Shown here piece by piece: positions 58,023-64,000 of a DNA stretch of 64,000 bases (positions within the stretch are counted from its first letter, which is position 1; every line of letters starts with the position of its first letter). The notes under the pieces were generated by a model, which had not been told where the DNA came from, did no database searches, and saw nothing but the letters and a program-made list of their open reading frames with translations. Source of the DNA: a virus. The position numbers and the translations under genes are program-made. The stretch covers positions 7,806 to 71,805 of the IMG/VR virus record IMGVR_UViG_3300036770_004821; one strand, written 5' to 3'.

Positions 58023-58426
58023 ACAAACAAAGGAGCAGAAGGGATTTGAACTACTTCATACATTTCGGTAGGTTCAAACTGATGCCGATTCCAGCAGATC
58101 CATTCACCATCACGAAACAGATAAGCATACTCCTCACCATCCTTGAGATACTCAATCACATTCTCGTCAAGATGAGGAGGGCAATCTTCACCACGTTGAG
58201 AGTAGTATTCAGGACCATAAGTTCCATCAGCACTATTATCCCAACGGGATTCAGTCCAGCAACAGGACATATCTCCACCATCAATGAGTTCTTCTACTTT
58301 CTCTTTGGTATTGTAATGGGTTTTAAGAACACGACCCAACCAGTCAGGATAACCGTCCCAATGATGATAAACAGAAAGAACAGAACCATTGGAAAGTTCA
58401 ATACCAATGCGTGAACGAGTTGCCAT
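58019..58426 (-). CDS. Conserved phage hypothetical protein
   Basis: MATRSRIGI....SVYHHWDGYP..LG..L..HY...GDMS...EEYAYLF..GEW. Confidence 0.75.
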   Translation of the reverse strand: MATRSRIGIELSNGSVLSVYHHWDGYPDWLGRVLKTHYNTKEKVEELIDGGDMSCCWTESRWDNSADGTYGPEYYSQRGEDCPPHLDENVIEYLKDGEEYAYLFRDGEWICWNRHQFEPTEMYEVVQIPSAPLFV

Positions 58427-58448
58427 TGCTTTTCTTGAATGTCTCTGT

Positions 58449-58508
58449 ATTATAGGGCATCTGGTGCCCCAGTGGGGGTGTAGTGTGCCACTAGAACAAG
58501 TGGCACAC
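58449..58508 (-). promoter_or_regulatory. Palindrome-promoter cassette (family A)
   Basis: gtgtgccact-agaaca-agtggcacac, 30 bp from TATAAT. Confidence 0.85.
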
Positions 58509-58519
58509 ATTCTTTACAA

Positions 58520-58753
58520 TTATACAGAAGTCAGAGTGCCATCTTTACGAGCAAGAGAAATGAATCGACCGAGACTATCATCATTTTGAATCACGACATT
58601 CACACTCTCCTCAAAGTCTTCTACATCATCACACTCAAAGAAATAAAAACTATCAGGATTGCTGGTAAAAGCAACACCAACTTCACTGTTTTCAGTATCC
58701 AGAAAAATCTTAGCAACAGCACTTGACTCTGAAAACTCAAGAACTTTAGTCAT
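58520..58753 (-). CDS. KTSC-like small protein
   Basis: ESSAVAKI......VGVAF......Y.F...SLGRFI pattern; start MTKVL. Confidence 0.55.
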   Translation of the reverse strand: MTKVLEFSESSAVAKIFLDTENSEVGVAFTSNPDSFYFFECDDVEDFEESVNVVIQNDDSLGRFISLARKDGTLTSV

Positions 58754-58777
58754 TTCCCTTTGGTTGATTACTTCGTA

Positions 58778-58940
58778 ATCATAGCACAAAAAAGGCACCT
58801 TGCGGTGCCTCAGTGGACGGTTTGGGAAGTGGTTTATCAGGATTCCTGATAACTGGCGTTTATCGAGAATCCTGATAGTAGCATTCTTAGCACAAAAAGG
58901 CACCTTGCGGTGTCTCAGTGGACGGTTTGGAAAGTGTCCT
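58778..58940 (-). repeat. Two tandem cassette copies with an embedded terminator-like hairpin
   Basis: tagcacaaaaa(a)ggcaccttgcggtg(c/t)ctcagtggacggtttgg at about 58782 and 58888; minus strand AGGCACC-GCAA-GGTGCCT-TTTTT. Confidence 0.8.
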
Positions 58941-59722
58941 CAACGATTTCCAAGTTCAGACATTTTTTTTCCAAATCTCATTGCTCTTTGACGATCCCAC
59001 TGCCTATTTGCTTCCTTATCTTTTCTTTGATAAGTAGCAATGTCTTCTTTTTTATTAGCACGTTCAATTTGACGATTTATTTTTTGTTGATTTACAGGTT
59101 TCCATCCTTCACTAATAAGTTCTTCAACAATACCCTCTACCCACTCCTCACTCATATTCTCAAGAATCACTTCTGCTGCTTCTGGAGTTTCGGCATATCC
59201 TTCATCAAGAAGATGAGAGAGAATGATGTCATAAAGGTCTGATTCTTCACTCCTTATCATACGAAGAATTTCATCAGCTTTAGAAGATAATCTATCATCC
59301 TTAACCGTTGAAGATAGTCTTCTGTTTGCTTTAGGTGCTTTTGACTTTTCTTTTGGTTCTTCACTACCCATAGGTCTTGAAGAACGTTTAGATGCACCTC
59401 TAGTTGAATCTAGGGCAGCATTAGCAAGTTTTTCAAGTTTCTCCGCCTTTTGCTCTTGTTTGCGTTGGTTTGCTCTTTGACTAGTTCTTTTAGCAGAGGT
59501 CATTACACGTCCTTGTGCCTGAAGTTCGGCAATACGTGCTCTCCTTTCATTGCGTCTCTTTTCTTCTTCAGTTTCTTCATCAATCTCAAAAACCTCTTCG
59601 CATAAAGATTCAAACTCATCATCATTCATAGATTCTATGAGTTGTTCTGCTTCCTCATAAGAATCAACATATCCTTCAAAGTATAGAAACTTAAGCAATT
59701 GATTGTATTCGTATGTTGTCAT
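58940..59722 (-). CDS. Probable virion-internal protein with two YL..EGY....EA..I...M repeats
   Basis: FLYFEGYVDSYEEAEQLIESMND and HLLDEGYAETPEAAEVILENMSEEW; late promoter GATAAATA at 59740-59747. Confidence 0.7.
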   Translation of the reverse strand: MTTYEYNQLLKFLYFEGYVDSYEEAEQLIESMNDDEFESLCEEVFEIDEETEEEKRRNERRARIAELQAQGRVMTSAKRTSQRANQRKQEQKAEKLEKLANAALDSTRGASKRSSRPMGSEEPKEKSKAPKANRRLSSTVKDDRLSSKADEILRMIRSEESDLYDIILSHLLDEGYAETPEAAEVILENMSEEWVEGIVEELISEGWKPVNQQKINRQIERANKKEDIATYQRKDKEANRQWDRQRAMRFGKKMSELGNR

Positions 59723-59738
59723 TTTTTTTACTTTTTAG

Positions 59739-59957
59739 TTATTTATCTAAAAATTCCTTCATACCAGTTGCTTTCACAAAACTCTCAAGACCTTTGTTGA
59801 TTGGACGAACTTTAATGTAAATTTCATTAGGAACTTCACCAAAGAATCCCTGCAACCAAGGGCACAACCAAACAGGAATACACATCGTCGTATCAGTGTA
59901 AGTTGTGCCTTCTTCATCAGACACTTCTTTCTCCAGTTGAACTTTCTTCAAGTTCAT
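59739..59957 (-). CDS. Hypothetical protein (possibly truncated)
   Basis: WLCP.L..FF...P.EIYIK pattern. Confidence 0.5.
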   Translation of the reverse strand: MNLKKVQLEKEVSDEEGTTYTDTTMCIPVWLCPWLQGFFGEVPNEIYIKVRPINKGLESFVKATGMKEFLDK

Positions 59958-59987
59958 AGCATTTGTAAATAAACTCTTGAAATGTTT

Positions 59988-60368
59988 TCATTTTTTCTCC
60001 TTGGGGGAACGAATCATTGAATCTGCACCAGCAATTTTATCCGAAGGTGTGCGGTCTCGATAACCTAGATTTCTATACATTTTATCTAATTTTTCTTTAT
60101 ACCCTGGTTTTGCAACTGGGGTCAAAGAAACATTTTTACCAATCTTATCTGCATATTTGTGAAGTCCTTTAAATGTTCTTTTTGCAATTCCTTTGCCTCT
60201 TTGATTCTCTGGAACTTCAATGTTATCCACACGAATATCACCAGAACTTGTAGTATGAACAACATACTTCATTCCTGGTGTTCTTCCTTTTGTTTTTCTT
60301 TGAATCGTTTCTAGAGCATCAGGTTTTGGTGCCTTTGCTTCTTCTAGGAACTGCTTAAAAGTTTTCAT
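59988..60368 (-). CDS. GNAT-like acetyltransferase with an N-terminal capsid-targeting-like peptide
   Basis: MKTFKQFLEEA leader; VDNIEVPENQRGKGIAK (acetyl-CoA motif A), LDKMYRNLGY (motif B). Confidence 0.75.
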   Translation of the reverse strand: MKTFKQFLEEAKAPKPDALETIQRKTKGRTPGMKYVVHTTSSGDIRVDNIEVPENQRGKGIAKRTFKGLHKYADKIGKNVSLTPVAKPGYKEKLDKMYRNLGYRDRTPSDKIAGADSMIRSPKEKK

Positions 60369-61186
60369 TTTGCTTGCCTTCTTTCACGACTCTTCTTTCT
60401 AACTGCTGCAGAGATTAAATCTCTCACAGTTACTGCTGATTCTTTACTCTTAGGTCCAGAAACAATATCCTTTGTTTTACCTTCAAATTCGTGTGCTCCT
60501 CCTGCTCTATGAGGAACTCCTGGTTTTCCTTCTGGGGTGTTCTTTCCTTTTGCTGCCATCAAATTTCTTGGTTGATGACCGTGATAGACTCCAAGTTTCT
60601 TATCACGTTCAACTCTCTTTTGCCATTCAGCATCACTCATTGATGATTTTAGTTTAGAAGAATGATGTGTTGGAGTAATATGATGTGCTTCATATCCTTT
60701 TCTTTTAATCGCAGTCTCTTTACGTTTTGCTTTATCTCTTTCTTCTTGTGATGTTAGAGACTTAATTCTTTCGGATCTTGCTTGTCTTTCTTTTGCCCCA
60801 CCTGATTTTGGTTTAAGTCTCCATCTTGGATTTTCTGTGCTTCCAGCATTATTCCAATAATATCCTTCTGGTGTTCCACCGTGATTCTTTTCACCTTCTT
60901 CTCTACTTGAAAATGTTTTTGATTTTTCAATTAGATATGTTTCTTCTACAAACTCTTTGAATGTTTTCATCTTACGATTCCTTGCTGGGTGTGATACTCT
61001 TCCACTATCTAAGTTTCTATTTGCTTCCTTTCTCTTAGTCATCATTCTACTCATTAGTTGAATTCCAGGACTTTCAATATGCCCTGAACGAACTAAATCT
61101 TTTGGAGATTGTGCAGCAGAAGCAGCAAATGCTAATCCTAAAAGTGCGTTTGCTGCTGCGTCTCGTTTTCTACCTTCTTGTAGCAT
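60365..61186 (-). CDS. Probable virion-internal basic protein with an internal MKTFKEFVEE motif and HNH-like C-terminus
   Basis: KMKTFKEFVEETYLIE; YEAHHITP...HQPRNL...H; late promoter AATAAATA at 61207-61214. Confidence 0.6.
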   Translation of the reverse strand: MLQEGRKRDAAANALLGLAFAASAAQSPKDLVRSGHIESPGIQLMSRMMTKRKEANRNLDSGRVSHPARNRKMKTFKEFVEETYLIEKSKTFSSREEGEKNHGGTPEGYYWNNAGSTENPRWRLKPKSGGAKERQARSERIKSLTSQEERDKAKRKETAIKRKGYEAHHITPTHHSSKLKSSMSDAEWQKRVERDKKLGVYHGHQPRNLMAAKGKNTPEGKPGVPHRAGGAHEFEGKTKDIVSGPKSKESAVTVRDLISAAVRKKSRERRQAK

Positions 61187-61209
61187 TTTATATAATTATT
61201 TCTTATTAT

Positions 61210-61431
61210 TTATTTCTTTTTATAAGAGTCCAGACTATAAAAGTATTCAAGTCTTGCCTTTTCTTCTTGTAATTTCAATTCTTCAGTATAACGAATAAAA
61301 TGTTCTTGAAGTTCAATATCTTCATCACTGAATGGAATATCATTCTCACGTTTGTATCTTATATTTTGAGCAAACTGTGTGATATAGTTTACTGGTAGTT
61401 CTAAAAAGTCTTCGTAGGACATTTTTTGCAT
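61210..61431 (-). CDS. Hypothetical protein
   Basis: 73-aa ORF. Confidence 0.6.
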   Translation of the reverse strand: MQKMSYEDFLELPVNYITQFAQNIRYKRENDIPFSDEDIELQEHFIRYTEELKLQEEKARLEYFYSLDSYKKK

Positions 61432-61458
61432 GTATTCCCTACTACTAATTTATATTAG

Positions 61459-61845
61459 TTATACTTTATATTGATACAAAAATCCATCATCAGTAGAATA
61501 AATGATCTTTTTGATATTATTCATTTCTAACGCTGCCTGACAAATTTTACAAGGCTTGCTGATACGGAGATCACAATAACCGTGTCCTCCAACTCTAGCA
61601 ACAACAATCGTGTCTGCTTTCTCCTTTGCTTTAATCAGAGCATTAACTTCTGCGTGAAGATAAATCTTCTCTTTAAGACCTACACGTTCTGCAAGTGTTG
61701 CTTGAAGAGGATGAGTTTTTCTTTCAAGATTTGTAGCAGTGGATATAATCTTATTCTTTTTGAGAAGCACAGCACCAATCTTCTTTTTGGAAGGAGAAGA
61801 TTTAGCAGTGTTAATTGCAAGTTGAAGAATCGAGTCAGAAATCAT
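61459..61845 (-). CDS. Zinc-dependent cytidine/dCMP deaminase-fold protein
   Basis: IGAVL, HAEVNAL, SKPCKICQ. Confidence 0.88.
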   Translation of the reverse strand: MISDSILQLAINTAKSSPSKKKIGAVLLKKNKIISTATNLERKTHPLQATLAERVGLKEKIYLHAEVNALIKAKEKADTIVVARVGGHGYCDLRISKPCKICQAALEMNNIKKIIYSTDDGFLYQYKV

Positions 61846-62005
61846 TTCAATTCCGGTTTGACAGTTTGAATCGTCATACGTTGAACTGAAGATACTACTG
61901 TATCTAACATAGGAGCAATTCCTGAAAATCCAATGGTTGATACTACGATTCCAACTGTCATTCCAAAAAGAAAGTTCTTCAAGACTTGTACCTCAATACC
62001 TCTGT

Positions 62006-62064
62006 ATTATAGCAGGCATCAGGTGCTGTTGGGTGATATAGTGGACGGTTCAAAAACTGTCACA
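62006..62064 (-). promoter_or_regulatory. Palindrome-promoter cassette
   Basis: tggacggt-tcaaaa-actgtcac, 30 bp from TATAAT. Confidence 0.7.
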
Positions 62065-62485
62065 TCGTCATCAGTATTCCGTGAAGATGATCTATTTCGT
62101 GTTGAAGTATTCTAGCAGATAGTCCTTCATAAGTATCAACACAGGGATGACCTTTAATGTTTCTATATTTTACTACCACAGAATTATATCTTTTCTTTTC
62201 TATGAAAGTTCCTGGTATAGATAAACATCCTTCTTCACCAGATACTATTTCATTAGATGTTGAAATAATTTCTGGGTTGATGAATACCTTTGGTTGATTG
62301 TCAATCAAAGCAATCACGATTTGTTTAAGTATTCCACATTGAGGTGCTGATAATCCAATTCCATTATTAGAAATCATTGTATCAATTAATGATACACACA
62401 AATTCTTTATGGAGTCATCAATACTCGCAACTCTCTTGCTTTTTTTGCGAAGAATTCTATTCTCGTCTGTTAGAATATTTAACAT
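62060..62485 (-). CDS. def: Peptide deformylase
   Basis: GIGLSAPQ, EGCLS, QHEIDHLHG. Confidence 0.95.
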   Translation of the reverse strand: MLNILTDENRILRKKSKRVASIDDSIKNLCVSLIDTMISNNGIGLSAPQCGILKQIVIALIDNQPKVFINPEIISTSNEIVSGEEGCLSIPGTFIEKKRYNSVVVKYRNIKGHPCVDTYEGLSARILQHEIDHLHGILMTM

Positions 62486-62754
62486 TTGAATGACTCTCTA
62501 AACTTATCAAGTTTCTCTGGTTCTTCAAGAACAGCATTTACACCATATTGCTCTACAAATGCTTCCATCGCAGGATCATAAATGGATTCTTCCAAATAAA
62601 GTCCACTGATTTTATCATAAAACTTTTCTACATCTTCTACGACATAAGCACCAGTATCACTATCTAATTGTTGTCTTGAATAAGTGTATAGTGCGTCGTG
62701 AAGAATCTCAAGCTCTTGTTCTGTGATTTGAAAGGAAACTTTGTAGTTTGACAT
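62479..62754 (-). CDS. Hypothetical protein
   Basis: 91 aa; NATAAATA at 62771-62778 upstream. Confidence 0.65.
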   Translation of the reverse strand: MSNYKVSFQITEQELEILHDALYTYSRQQLDSDTGAYVVEDVEKFYDKISGLYLEESIYDPAMEAFVEQYGVNAVLEEPEKLDKFRESFKC

Positions 62755-62773
62755 TTTCTTATTTTTTAGATAT

Positions 62774-62980
62774 TTATTTACTTGATTCCTTTAATAGTTT
62801 AATTTTATTAAACTCATCTTTATAAATTACGATGCAGACATTTCTTACCTTTTCTTCTGGTAAATATTTAACACATAAAGTTAAATAGGAACTACCAACA
62901 AAATTGATAATTCCCACATAATTATCGTAAATTGCTTCCAGTCCTTCGTGAAATATTATACTACTCACAGGTTTCATCAC
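62774..62980 (-). CDS. Hypothetical protein
   Basis: GIINFV..SYLTLCV pattern. Confidence 0.6.
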   Translation of the reverse strand: MMKPVSSIIFHEGLEAIYDNYVGIINFVGSSYLTLCVKYLPEEKVRNVCIVIYKDEFNKIKLLKESSK

Positions 62981-63161
62981 TCCAGTAATAATTTAGTTTA
63001 TCACCATTCGCAGAAATATTCAAGTGGTAGATTTTACCATTCTTACCATAAACACCAATCCATAGTGTGCGTTCATTCATACTTTCCAGGTGAAACATCT
63101 TCACATCTTCCAGCACAATTTCGTCTGGGTTTTCAGTGAATCTACTCACTTTGGTTCCCAA
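62961..63161 (-). CDS. Hypothetical protein
   Basis: NPDEIV...FHLESMN..TLWIG. Confidence 0.6.
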   Translation of the reverse strand: MGTKVSRFTENPDEIVLEDVKMFHLESMNERTLWIGVYGKNGKIYHLNISANGDKLNYYWSDETCE

Positions 63162-63364
63162 AATCTACCATCAGGTCCACAAGAAAAATCAAGGTCTTGC
63201 CAACAATGTGCTCTTAACATATCACAAAATCTTTTCTTACGACCTGTTACAAGGTCACTAGTGGTATTTGGACAGGCACACATATCTAAACCATTGTTTC
63301 TAAAAAAGATGTGCTCAATCCAATCCTTACGATACCACTTACAATCCTTACAGAGTTTTTTCAT
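63146..63364 (-). CDS. Cys-rich (probable zinc-binding) hypothetical protein
   Basis: CKDCKW...C...DLVTG...C...R...CGPDGRFWE. Confidence 0.65.
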   Translation of the reverse strand: MKKLCKDCKWYRKDWIEHIFFRNNGLDMCACPNTTSDLVTGRKKRFCDMLRAHCWQDLDFSCGPDGRFWEPK

Positions 63365-63555
63365 TTTACCGTAGTCCTAATAGCAATTTCCATACCTGCC
63401 CTAAATGCCTCATCAAGTGCTGATTTCATACAAAAAACAGAAACATCATAAAAATCCAAACCATCACTTCCACGGGTTTCAAGGGTTTCAACATTAAACC
63501 ATTTCTTTGCGATGGTTTCAAGAAGTTGATTGTATTGTTCAGGAACAGTGGTCAT
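63361..63555 (-). CDS. Conserved small protein
   Basis: IAK.....ETLETR.SD.LDF.DVSV...K.AL..AF.AG. Confidence 0.7.
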   Translation of the reverse strand: MTTVPEQYNQLLETIAKKWFNVETLETRGSDGLDFYDVSVFCMKSALDEAFRAGMEIAIRTTVK

Positions 63556-63556
63556 T

Positions 63557-63748
63557 TCAGTTCTCCTCCTGATGATTGAAAACTTTGGCAAACTCTTCTG
63601 CTGCCTCAAATGCAAGTTCAGCACAAAACTTGAACATTTCCTTTCGTTCCGCTTCAGAAATAGTTCCGATACCAGTTGTAGATTTCATCCACTCAATATA
63701 AAGTGTTTGACCCAAATCAACGAATCGTTTTTGTGAGAAGTCAGTCAT
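63557..63748 (-). CDS. Hypothetical protein
   Basis: 63-aa ORF. Confidence 0.6.
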   Translation of the reverse strand: MTDFSQKRFVDLGQTLYIEWMKSTTGIGTISEAERKEMFKFCAELAFEAAEEFAKVFNHQEEN

Positions 63749-63750
63749 AA

Positions 63751-63993
63751 TCAGTTAATGTTGTTAATAATTTCGGTGACTTTATCTTGAAGTTCAACAA
63801 TCATACTTACGAGATCAACATCACCAGATGATTCTTCGTCTTCAAATTGAGGCATCGGATGCCAATGTGTAGGGGGAAATGGGTGCGGCCATCGGGCAAA
63901 TCCATCATTCTCTCGCCACACATAATAAGGATCAGTGGTGTATGGTGCCCCATTCGCAGTAATCATTACATCCTTTGCGATTACTGCAAACAT
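63751..63993 (-). CDS. DUF551-like protein, probably 5'-truncated by the window end
   Basis: PPTHWHPMP motif. Confidence 0.55.
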   Translation of the reverse strand: MFAVIAKDVMITANGAPYTTDPYYVWRENDGFARWPHPFPPTHWHPMPQFEDEESSGDVDLVSMIVELQDKVTEIINNIN

Positions 63994-64000
63994 TTCAAAT

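Noticed and set aside
42766-58508. Sigma54 promoter (TGGCAC -24 element)
   Set aside because: TGGCAC is one arm of a palindrome, the required TTGC at -12 is absent, and cyanobacteria lack sigma54.
48624-58903. Shared N-terminal peptides such as CATCSSGTLHPHWGT in several track ORFs as a protein repeat domain
   Set aside because: These are translations of the non-coding promoter cassette; the true starts lie downstream of each -10 box.
37418-62064. CRISPR array or integron attC array interpretation of the recurring palindromes
   Set aside because: Spacing is irregular (about 0.1-3 kb) and filled with genes; there is no cas or intI gene, no GTTRRRY core pattern, and each copy has a fixed-distance -10 box.

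Overview
A 64-kb segment of a T4-like cyanomyophage genome, almost entirely coded on the minus strand. Positions 1-33.5 kb hold the late virion-morphogenesis module: gp18 (partial), gp17 with an Ala-start class-3-type intein, a free-standing HNH gene, gp16, gp15, gp14, gp13, a VrlC-like protein, gp8, gp7-like proteins, gp6 and gp25, with NATAAATA late promoters. Positions 33.5-35.8 kb hold small conserved cyanophage genes. Positions 35.8-38.4 kb are a mostly non-coding, repeat-rich junction (candidate replication origin), followed by a plus-strand GIY-YIG homing endonuclease. Positions 37-62 kb form an early/accessory region of short genes punctuated by about 26 copies of a promoter cassette: a TGCCAST-N6-ASTGGCA palindrome 29-31 bp upstream of a -10 box. 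The standout is an apparently complete phage-encoded ubiquitin-like conjugation pathway (Ubl ending in KG, JAB/JAMM peptidase, E2-like, ThiF/E1) at 49.9-53.1 kb. Other notable items: an ArdA-like anti-restriction gene whose middle is inverted between 9-bp inverted repeats and is restored in frame when flipped; a tRNA-shaped RNA with a greatly elongated central arm; a duplicated ~160-nt structured element; a candidate -1 frameshift; a MutH/Sau3AI-like nuclease plus methyltransferase pair; and late genes with T4-type capsid-targeting peptides. All calls come from reading motifs by eye; no database searches were run.
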